IMG/VR virus record: IMGVR_UViG_3300037461_000299
Coordinates: 1-42,285 of that record
Direction: 5' to 3' (one strand)
DNA from: a virus
Taxonomy: Duplodnaviria; Caudoviricetes
DNA length: 42,285 bases
The position numbers and the translations under genes are program-made. Under the pieces are notes generated by a model, which saw nothing but the letters and a program-made list of their open reading frames with translations, did no database searches and was not told where the DNA came from. This document shows, piece by piece, positions 35,750 to 42,285 of this stretch. Positions within the stretch are counted from its first letter, which is position 1; every line of letters begins with the position of its first letter.

Positions 35750-36125
35750 ATCTCTGCCTAAACTGAAAGCTGAGGCTCAGCTTATTTTTAATTTATATAT
35801 TCGGAAGAGAGACAAAGATTTGCCATGTATATCCTGTGGTCAATTTAAACCCCTCCAGGCGGGCCATTACTTTCCGGTGCAAGGATATGACGGATTAAGA
35901 TTTGATGAGTTTAACGTCAACGGAGAGTGTTCCGGATGTAACTGTTTCGATCAGGCTCACTTAATATATTACGGTGAGAATTTACTTGAAAAGATCGGAT
36001 GGGATGACTTCGAGGTTTTGAAGGAAAGAGCAAAAGAATACAAGAAGTCCGGGAATAAGTGGTCCAGATCTCAACTCATTGAGATCATCCGGGTATATAA
36101 AGAAAAACTTGATTTGATAAAATAA
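35733..36125 (+). CDS. NinG/Rap-like recombination endonuclease
   Basis: AQ..FN.YIR.RD...PCISCG....AGHY.......LRFDE.N....C..CN. Confidence 0.88.
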   Translation: MMRKTKSLPKLKAEAQLIFNLYIRKRDKDLPCISCGQFKPLQAGHYFPVQGYDGLRFDEFNVNGECSGCNCFDQAHLIYYGENLLEKIGWDDFEVLKERAKEYKKSGNKWSRSQLIEIIRVYKEKLDLIK

Positions 36126-36126
36126 A

Positions 36127-36159
36127 TTTGCACAAGTCAAAGTAAAGGTTTAAATTTGT
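36127..36159 (+). promoter_or_regulatory. canonical Bacteroidota promoter TTTG-20 nt-TAAATTTG for the replication operon
   Basis: -33 at 36127..36130, -7 at 36151..36158. Confidence 0.8.
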
Positions 36160-36209
36160 AAGGACGTAATAATTGTGACAATGAGTTCTACTAATCTTTT
36201 TAACAATAT

Positions 36210-36290
36210 ACCCCTACGGGCGGATAACACCGGGCGGAGCGTCACACTCCCACGTCACCGGTGTTTTTTCGTTTGTAGGGGTTCTTTTTT
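36210..36290 (+). ncRNA. structured leader RNA/attenuator (C4/CI-like architecture)
   Basis: Long G:U-containing stem 36210..36233 with 36258..36282, inner hairpin GGAG-CGTCACA-CTCC, T tract after. Confidence 0.65.
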
Positions 36291-36293
36291 GTT

Positions 36294-36992
36294 ATGGAAG
36301 GCTGGATAAAAATACATCGGCAAATTAAAGATCATTGGTTATGGAAGTCAGATCACAGATTAAAATGGTGGTTAGATATTCTATTAACTGTAAACCATGC
36401 CGATACTAAGGTATTAATCAAAGGCAATCTTATTGACTGTAAAAGAGGTCAAAGCGTGAGATCACTTGAAACATGGGCAAAAGATTGGAATGTTACTAAG
36501 AAAACAGTTAAGGAGTTTTTCGAGTTGTTACAGAAAGACTCCATGTTACTATACGAAAGTATTCAAATTAGTACACGGATAACTGTTTGTAATTATGATA
36601 ATTATCAGACAGAGGTAAACGCAAAAGAAACGAAAGGTAAACGGATCGTAAACGGAGAGGAAACGGACACTACCCCCAAACAAGAATGTAAAGAAGGAAT
36701 AACAACTAATACATGGAGAAATAATTTTGATGTTTATATGTCAGAATGTAAAAAAGGATATGAGGCATTTATGACAAATACATTTCTTCTTCAAACTCAG
36801 CAAAGACTAAATCCGGGAGTAAACATTAAACTATCAATAGAGAAAGGATATGTAAATTTTTGGGGAACAGAAGCCGGATGGAAGCATAAGAAAAAAAGTA
36901 AGTCAAAAGAATTAGATTGGCAGTCAACAATTATTAATTCTATTTCCATGAATAAAGTTTATTATACTAAAGAAGAACTTATAAAGCTATGA
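36294..36992 (+). CDS. replication initiator / replisome organiser
   Basis: GWIKIHRQI..HW.W...LL..NH....RGQ...S...A..W...IT.CNYD.YQ; internal iterons. Confidence 0.85.
   Translation: MEGWIKIHRQIKDHWLWKSDHRLKWWLDILLTVNHADTKVLIKGNLIDCKRGQSVRSLETWAKDWNVTKKTVKEFFELLQKDSMLLYESIQISTRITVCNYDNYQTEVNAKETKGKRIVNGEETDTTPKQECKEGITTNTWRNNFDVYMSECKKGYEAFMTNTFLLQTQQRLNPGVNIKLSIEKGYVNFWGTEAGWKHKKKSKSKELDWQSTIINSISMNKVYYTKEELIKL
36614..36666 (+). repeat. five AAACG cores at exact 11-bp period (origin iterons)
   Basis: AAACG at 36617, 36628, 36639, 36650 and 36661. Confidence 0.75.
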
Positions 36993-38746
36993 TAACGGCA
37001 TTTAGAAAATATAGAGATTTACGGATTTCATGTCTTCCTACCGGCAAAGATAAATTACCAGCTATTCCGAAAGGGGAGAGTTGGCTTAATGGTTGGGGTA
37101 ATGAAGCAGAATATGAGAAGTCATTTGGTATTGCTCTTGTTTGCGGAAATATGTCAGGCAATTTAGAATGTATTGATTTTGATAACCATTTTGGAGATGC
37201 AAAACAAGTACTTTCAGATTTTATGAAAATTGAAGAAGTTAAACAAATTTATCTCAAGTATAAATTAGTGATCCAAAGCACTACCTCCGGGGGATTTCAT
37301 TTATTATACCGGTGTACTGTTATAGAAGGTAATCAGAAGTTAGCATCAAGGCCTCGTTATGATAATCTTACTAAAAAGAGTAAAAAGGATGTATTGATTG
37401 AAACAAGAGGAGAAGGCGGATATTTTTGTGTTGATCCTACTCCAGGTTATAAGATAATAAAAAACGACATTTCAATTATCAATTATATTTTACCTGAAGA
37501 AAGGGAAGTATTACTATCAGCTTGTAAATCATTTAATACTTATGCAGAACCTAAAATAAGAGTTGAGGAGAATAAAGACTTACCTGGGAATATATTTAAT
37601 AACAGCCCGGAGGCAGAATCAGAGATGAAAAGGTCACTTTCCAGAGCCGGATGGACAGAACCACGAGAAGGATTATGGTTAAGGCCCGGAAAGAAGAAAG
37701 GAATATCCGCTACAATAGGTAAAGTTGCACCGGGAATATTCTATAATTTTTCTTCCTCATCTGATATCTTTGAATCTAACCATGCTTATACTCCATTTCA
37801 GGTTATTGCATTGCTTGACTATAATGCAGATTTTAGCCGGTTTGCAAAAGAATTAGCAGAGAGATTTAATTTAAAGCGAGATGAACCTAAAAAAGAACTA
37901 CCTAAAAAGGAAGAAAAAACAGGAGATGAATTAGATCAGATAATCAGGAGATGTTTTATTGATACTGATATTCCGGTCATTAAGCCTCCGGTTATAATGC
38001 GAATGAAGGCAAAGCATGGGATGAATAACATATTTACCCGGGTAATGACTTTAGGGAATTTCAGCGCAATAATTGGTAAATCAAAAGCAAAAAAATCATT
38101 TTTGGCAACTATGTTTATGGCTTGTGCTTCTAAAGGCGGTGAATTGGATTATACCTTTCAGTCAGACATTCCACAAAGCAGACCGGGAGTTGTGATGTTT
38201 GATACTGAACAAAGTAACTATGATGCTTATATTACCGCTAAACGTGTTTGCGATATGGCAGGTAAGAACAAAGGACATTTTGGATCATTTGATCTTCGGG
38301 AATTTTCACCAATAGAAAGGTGTAATATTATTGATAGGTTTATTGAACGGCAAAGTCAAAATATTAGTTTGATAGTAATTGATGGAATTGCTGATCTTGC
38401 TATGGCAATCAATGATGAGATTGAAGCCTCAAGAGTTGTTTCTCTTTTGATGAAATGGACAAAAGTTTATAACCTTCATATTTGCGTTATCATTCACCAG
38501 AACAAAAACGACAATTTTGCAACCGGTCATTTAGGAAGTTCAATAATGAAGAAGGCCGAATGTGTTATGTCTGTTACTAAAGATACTACCGACTCAATGA
38601 GAAGTGAGGTAAATTGTGACTATATAAGGGGTGCAATGGAGTTTGATAAATTCAGTATTATTATTAATGATAATGGAATTCCAGAAGTTGACCCTGAATT
38701 TAAAGCTAATATAGTTGATTTGAATGAACCAACATTTTATAAATGA
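36989..38746 (+). CDS. primase-polymerase (Prim-Pol) fused to AAA/RecA-type helicase
   Basis: CIDFD, T.SGG.H..YR, IETRGEGGY; Walker A-like GKSKAKKS, FDTEQ, IDGIADL, IHQNK, GHLGS. Confidence 0.88.
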   Translation: MITAFRKYRDLRISCLPTGKDKLPAIPKGESWLNGWGNEAEYEKSFGIALVCGNMSGNLECIDFDNHFGDAKQVLSDFMKIEEVKQIYLKYKLVIQSTTSGGFHLLYRCTVIEGNQKLASRPRYDNLTKKSKKDVLIETRGEGGYFCVDPTPGYKIIKNDISIINYILPEEREVLLSACKSFNTYAEPKIRVEENKDLPGNIFNNSPEAESEMKRSLSRAGWTEPREGLWLRPGKKKGISATIGKVAPGIFYNFSSSSDIFESNHAYTPFQVIALLDYNADFSRFAKELAERFNLKRDEPKKELPKKEEKTGDELDQIIRRCFIDTDIPVIKPPVIMRMKAKHGMNNIFTRVMTLGNFSAIIGKSKAKKSFLATMFMACASKGGELDYTFQSDIPQSRPGVVMFDTEQSNYDAYITAKRVCDMAGKNKGHFGSFDLREFSPIERCNIIDRFIERQSQNISLIVIDGIADLAMAINDEIEASRVVSLLMKWTKVYNLHICVIIHQNKNDNFATGHLGSSIMKKAECVMSVTKDTTDSMRSEVNCDYIRGAMEFDKFSIIINDNGIPEVDPEFKANIVDLNEPTFYK

Positions 38747-39174
38747 AAACATATAATTGTTATTTTGATGGAGCCTGTGAACCAAAAAATCCAGGAGGCA
38801 AAATTGGAGCAGGAGTTTATATCACAGATGGATTAAAGGAATTTACTGACTGTACTTTTGTAGAATCTGACCCGATTAACACAAATAACATTGCTGAATA
38901 TATGGCATTTATTAGGGTATTGGAGTTAATGAAAAATAAGAAAGGGGATAAAATAAATATATTCGGAGACTCAATGTTGGTAGTTAACCAGATGAACGGA
39001 GAATGGCAGATAAAACATGGTGCGTATCGGGATTATGCTTTAAAGGCAAAACCTTTGTTATTTGAATTGAAGAAAAATAACACTGTTTCAATTTCATGGA
39101 TTCCACGAGAACATAATGAAAAGGCAGACTATCAAAGCATGAAAGCAATAGGATTTAAAAGAAGAAAGCTATGA
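38743..39174 (+). CDS. ribonuclease HI-like protein
   Basis: YFDGACEP.NPGG, TNNIAEY.A, GDS.LVVNQM.G.W, WIPRE.NE.AD. Confidence 0.9.
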   Translation: MKTYNCYFDGACEPKNPGGKIGAGVYITDGLKEFTDCTFVESDPINTNNIAEYMAFIRVLELMKNKKGDKINIFGDSMLVVNQMNGEWQIKHGAYRDYALKAKPLLFELKKNNTVSISWIPREHNEKADYQSMKAIGFKRRKL

Positions 39175-39497
39175 AATTTAAGAAGTGCCAAACAGGATTC
39201 CATGAGTTTGCTGTCATAAGGTTAGCTGAATGGATCGGAGGTCAAACTGAAGTACCATTTTTTATTGATGGAGTTATTGCCTTTGTCCCGGATGTAGTTT
39301 GTGGGAATGATCTCTATGAGGTTGTTTATTCAAACCCTGTTCATGGTCGGAAGTTAGGCATGATACAGATGTGGTCCTACTTCAATAATACAAATCTTAA
39401 TCTTTTTGAAGTGTCTGCTGATTGGATTCTTAAGCAAACAGAGAAGCCGGAAGTGATAGAATGTACTGAAATATATGAAATAAACCTGAAAACATGA
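39171..39497 (+). CDS. hypothetical protein, possible PD-(D/E)xK-like fold
   Basis: E.PF....FVPDV......YEVV. Confidence 0.5.
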   Translation: MKFKKCQTGFHEFAVIRLAEWIGGQTEVPFFIDGVIAFVPDVVCGNDLYEVVYSNPVHGRKLGMIQMWSYFNNTNLNLFEVSADWILKQTEKPEVIECTEIYEINLKT

Positions 39498-39537
39498 CAT
39501 TTATCATTGTTTAGCTTAAAAACATAGTTGAAATTTG
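39490..39537 (+). promoter_or_regulatory. promoter: ATGA-N6-TCAT, 22 nt, GAAATTTG
   Basis: Second copy of the motif with identical spacing. Confidence 0.7.
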
Positions 39538-39555
39538 GTTTATAAAATTACTGAC

Positions 39556-39783
39556 ATGGAAAACATCTTAAGTCAAAACAAAAGAATCAAAGCTCACCTG
39601 CTTTCAGGTAAGTCTCTTACAAGTCTTGATGCACTGTATCAATTCGGGTGCTTCCGCCTTTCAGCAAGGATCTATGACCTCAGGGATGAGGGTATGCACA
39701 TACAGGCCGAGACAGTTGAAATAACGTCAAAGTCGGTTTACAATGGTAAGAAGCGAGTAACGAAATATAGCTTAAGGAAATGA
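39556..39783 (+). CDS. winged helix-turn-helix protein
   Basis: SQ..RI..HL..G.SLT.LDAL..FGCFRLSARI.DLR..G..I. Confidence 0.85.
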   Translation: MENILSQNKRIKAHLLSGKSLTSLDALYQFGCFRLSARIYDLRDEGMHIQAETVEITSKSVYNGKKRVTKYSLRK

Positions 39784-40217
39784 TTGCAAAGATTGAAAAT
39801 ATAGTCTGCATTGGTGAGGGAGTTGACCCTTCGGAGATTCACTGTAGGGATCGCAGGTTTGAAGTCCGGGAAGTCCGTCAGATCATCATGTACTTTGCTA
39901 AAGAAATGACCGGCAAGACATGGTCTGAGATTGGAGGTTACTTTGATCTCGACCATGCTACTGCAATGTATTCCCATCGAGTAGTACAACAACAGCGCGA
40001 GGTTGACAGGTCGTTCAGAGAGAAATTAAAACGGCATGAACGCAGGCTTAAAGCTGTAAAAATTGATAAGATGGTCATAAAAGCCGGAGAGACTTTTAAA
40101 CCTCTTGAACTCGAAGTTATGAAGCTCGAAAAGAAGATTACTGAACTCAAAGAGATAATCGAGATGATAAGATTAGAATTAACCTATCTAAACATTGAAA
40201 ATGAGAACAATCGCTGA
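39780..40217 (+). CDS. DnaA C-terminal (domain IV)-like HTH protein with coiled coil
   Basis: RQI.MY.A.E.T......IG..F..DHAT..YS. Confidence 0.8.
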   Translation: MIAKIENIVCIGEGVDPSEIHCRDRRFEVREVRQIIMYFAKEMTGKTWSEIGGYFDLDHATAMYSHRVVQQQREVDRSFREKLKRHERRLKAVKIDKMVIKAGETFKPLELEVMKLEKKITELKEIIEMIRLELTYLNIENENNR

Positions 40218-40533
40218 ATTACCCGTTTTAAACCCTATCGCTGTGGTATTTATTTTTATCGCAATCGTATTCCTGGGAGTAGCTGCCTGGATGGTATATG
40301 ATACTATCCGGATTAACCTGTCAAACCGCAAAGCACAAAAAGCAATTGACAAAGCAGAGTTTATGCAGAAATATAAAGAACTAGAAGGAATTATCTACCT
40401 GGACAAAAAGAAAGTAGCAAAGGAGTTTGTTCGTGAAGAATTGAAAAAACTCGCACTAATGAAATGCTCTGACCGAGAACATTGCCAGGTATTAGCAACT
40501 CAATGGATGCGGAAATACTTTAATGAGAAATGA
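40201..40533 (+). CDS. single-TM hypothetical protein
   Basis: IAVVFIFIAIVFLGVAAWMVY segment. Confidence 0.7.
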   Translation: MRTIAELPVLNPIAVVFIFIAIVFLGVAAWMVYDTIRINLSNRKAQKAIDKAEFMQKYKELEGIIYLDKKKVAKEFVREELKKLALMKCSDREHCQVLATQWMRKYFNEK

Positions 40534-41252
40534 AACATGGATCACTCTTTTCCGGGATCGGTGGATTTGATCTTGCAGCCGAATGGATGGGATGGGAGAA
40601 CGTGTTTCATTGTGAATGGAATGAATTTGGACAGAAGATATTAAAACATTATTGGCCTAATGCAATCAGTTATGGAGACATCACCAAAACAGACTTTACT
40701 ATTCACAGAGGATCAATCGACATTATTACCGGAGGATTCCCATGTCAACCTTACTCACTTGCAGGAAAGCGAAAAGGCAAAGAAGATGAGAGACACCTCT
40801 GGCCGGAGATGCTTAGAGCAATTAGAGAGATTCAACCGAGTTGGATCGTGGGGGAGAACGTTCCTGGAATCATTAATTGGTCAGGAGGGCTGGTATTCCA
40901 CGAAGTGCAAACTGACTTGGAAGCTGAAGGCTACGAAGTATTCCCGGTTATACTGCCAGCTTGCGGTGTCAACGCTCCCCACCGAAGGGATAGAATTTGG
41001 TTTGTTGCCCACAATAACAAAAACAAATATATTCTCAGTGAGAGGAGATACAGGAAAATATTACAGAAATTTGATAGAGGTATTATACTTAGAGCATGGA
41101 CAAACTTCAATAAATCCGAACTTATCAGAATTAATGATGGGATTCCCTCAAAACTGGACGAAAATAGAAATGCCGCTTTAGGAAATGCAGTTAATCCCAT
41201 TTTAGTTTATCAGATATTTAAAGCAATAGAAGAAACAAACTTAAAACTATGA
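40530..41252 (+). CDS. C5 cytosine DNA methyltransferase, alpha chain (motifs I-VIII and X)
   Basis: SLFSGIGG, GGFPCQP, ENV, PH.R.R.W, ALGNAV; no motif IX in frame. Confidence 0.92.
   Translation: MKHGSLFSGIGGFDLAAEWMGWENVFHCEWNEFGQKILKHYWPNAISYGDITKTDFTIHRGSIDIITGGFPCQPYSLAGKRKGKEDERHLWPEMLRAIREIQPSWIVGENVPGIINWSGGLVFHEVQTDLEAEGYEVFPVILPACGVNAPHRRDRIWFVAHNNKNKYILSERRYRKILQKFDRGIILRAWTNFNKSELIRINDGIPSKLDENRNAALGNAVNPILVYQIFKAIEETNLKL
40660..41181 (+). CDS. overlapping-frame beta chain of the C5 methyltransferase (TRD plus motif IX)
   Basis: Nested frame ends LLPT...INPNLSELMMGFPQNWT; true start uncertain. Confidence 0.75.
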   Translation: MQSVMETSPKQTLLFTEDQSTLLPEDSHVNLTHLQESEKAKKMRDTSGRRCLEQLERFNRVGSWGRTFLESLIGQEGWYSTKCKLTWKLKATKYSRLYCQLAVSTLPTEGIEFGLLPTITKTNIFSVRGDTGKYYRNLIEVLYLEHGQTSINPNLSELMMGFPQNWTKIEMPL

Positions 41253-41647
41253 AACGCTGCCTACTTCTTTTTACCCTATTCTGCCTTCAGCTTGTCGGTT
41301 CACCGCCTCCGGTAACTTTGTACATTGAGACAGCAGAAGCAGTGAATCCGTATGAAAGGCTTATTAAAGCGATTGTAGAGGTCGAGTGCAAAGGTGACTA
41401 TATGGCCTTAAACCCAAAAGAACTCGCAACAGGCCCGTTCCAAATTAGGCCAATCAGGCTTCGGGACTTCAACCAGAGAACCAGCAGTAATTATACTTTG
41501 CAGGATTGCTTCGATTATGAAATAAGTAAAAAGATTTTTCTTTATTATGCGTTGCAGTTTCATTATTCAGATGTCAGATCTATTGCTATCGACTGGAATA
41601 AAAGTGTAACTGATATTTATTATTTGAAAGTACTTGCTGAATTATGA
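41249..41647 (+). CDS. secreted lysozyme-like / lytic transglycosylase-like protein
   Basis: Signal-like N-terminus, AIVEVECKG....N..E...G.FQI...RL.D.N, WN motif. Confidence 0.7.
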   Translation: MKRCLLLFTLFCLQLVGSPPPVTLYIETAEAVNPYERLIKAIVEVECKGDYMALNPKELATGPFQIRPIRLRDFNQRTSSNYTLQDCFDYEISKKIFLYYALQFHYSDVRSIAIDWNKSVTDIYYLKVLAEL

Positions 41648-41847
41648 ATGAATATCAAATAGGAAATTTTGGACTCGCAAAGTTCACAATAGACAAAAAA
41701 GGTTTTAAAGGACTGATGGAATGTTACGGTAAGATCAAAGATATTGATGGTAAGTACTTGCTTTTTGAAGATAACGATGGTTATAATTACCTGATCCGGA
41801 AGGATAAATTTACTTTTGAACAATGCGAATTTAGGGTCAAAACATGA
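41644..41847 (+). CDS. hypothetical protein
   Basis: ATGA-coupled ORF. Confidence 0.65.
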   Translation: MNEYQIGNFGLAKFTIDKKGFKGLMECYGKIKDIDGKYLLFEDNDGYNYLIRKDKFTFEQCEFRVKT

Positions 41848-41887
41848 CTTTTATCATAGTTTAGTAAATAATTAAGATTGAACTTTG
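41840..41887 (+). promoter_or_regulatory. promoter: ATGA-N6-TCAT, 22 nt, GAACTTTG
   Basis: Third copy of the motif with identical spacing. Confidence 0.7.
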
Positions 41888-41891
41888 GAGT

Positions 41892-42080
41892 ATGTTATTA
41901 ATATCGACACGAGAAATACGAAACCTGAAATGGACTTCCAAAAACGAAGTTCAGTTAAAAGCATTCCTTTGGTCTATTTACAAAGGATCAAAGATGCTGA
42001 CCGTTACAACCCGATATGGGGTATTAATTGAGAGAATTGCACTTAAAGATTTATTCAATGAAAACAAAAAACCTTTGTAA
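41892..42080 (+). CDS. hypothetical protein
   Basis: ATG 4 nt after the -7-like box. Confidence 0.6.
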   Translation: MLLISTREIRNLKWTSKNEVQLKAFLWSIYKGSKMLTVTTRYGVLIERIALKDLFNENKKPL

Positions 42081-42159
42081 ATGTATTCTTTTGGTGATCT
42101 TAGCATCGCCTGTAATCGCTGGGATAATTATGGTACTAACTCATTTAAGACATTTATAA
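42058..42159 (+). CDS. 33-aa single-TM peptide
   Basis: MKTKNLCKCILLVILASPVIAGIIMVLTHLRHL*; TAATG overlap with the next gene. Confidence 0.55.
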   Translation: MKTKNLCKCILLVILASPVIAGIIMVLTHLRHL

Positions 42160-42285
42160 TGAAAGAGAAAATACTTGAGATATTGCGGACAAGAATTTCC
42201 GCTTACCAAATGGTAAATGATGATGACCCTATTGAGATAACAGGTATAGAGGCAAGTGCCGAAGACATAACTAAATTATCTTTTG
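42159..42285 (+). repeat. 127-nt terminal copy of 146..272
   Basis: Exact match. Confidence 0.95.

Noticed and set aside
36210-36290. tRNA gene
   Set aside because: No cloverleaf, T-loop or D-loop consensus; reported as a structured leader instead.
42159-42285. Biological terminal repeat or att site
   Set aside because: Length equals a common assembler k-mer, it ends mid-gene at the contig edge, and no integrase is present.
1-42285. Stop-codon reassignment as in some crAss-like phages
   Set aside because: Genes tile the genome densely under the standard code, and TAA, TGA and TAG all end well-placed genes.

Overview
Near-complete, circularly assembled ~42 kb tailed (siphovirus-like) phage genome. 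The host is most likely a Bacteroidota bacterium, based on TAnnTTTG/TTTG promoters, A-rich start regions without Shine-Dalgarno sites, and signal peptides cleaved before Gln. The last 127 nt repeat 146..272, closing the circle; 1..145 is an alternative upstream branch. The + strand arm (32881 to the end, continuing 146..4040) carries recombination and replication genes (Rad52/Sak-like annealase, SSB, NinB/NinG-like proteins, initiator with iterons, primase-helicase, RNase HI), a two-frame C5 DNA methyltransferase and an accessory cassette region. The - strand arm (32723 down to 4105) carries TerS/TerL, a -1 frameshifted tail chaperone, tail proteins, tape measure, Clp protease, major capsid, tail tube, portal, adaptor, many fibre/spike genes and a lysis block. 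No integrase, CI-type repressor, reverse transcriptase, tRNA or CRISPR array was recognised. Best leads: (1) three adjacent fibre/spike-type genes that begin with Sec signal peptides while their putative virion anchor peptide has none, suggesting exported fibres joined after export or lysis; (2) three promoters with an ATGA-N6-TCAT palindrome exactly 22 nt upstream of the -7 box; (3) a C4/CI-like structured RNA before the replication operon; (4) an A-gene-B-A-gene-B repeat-bounded cassette array; (5) a late 3' UTR that is antisense to a consensus translation start region. All protein family calls come from motif recognition by eye, not from database searches.
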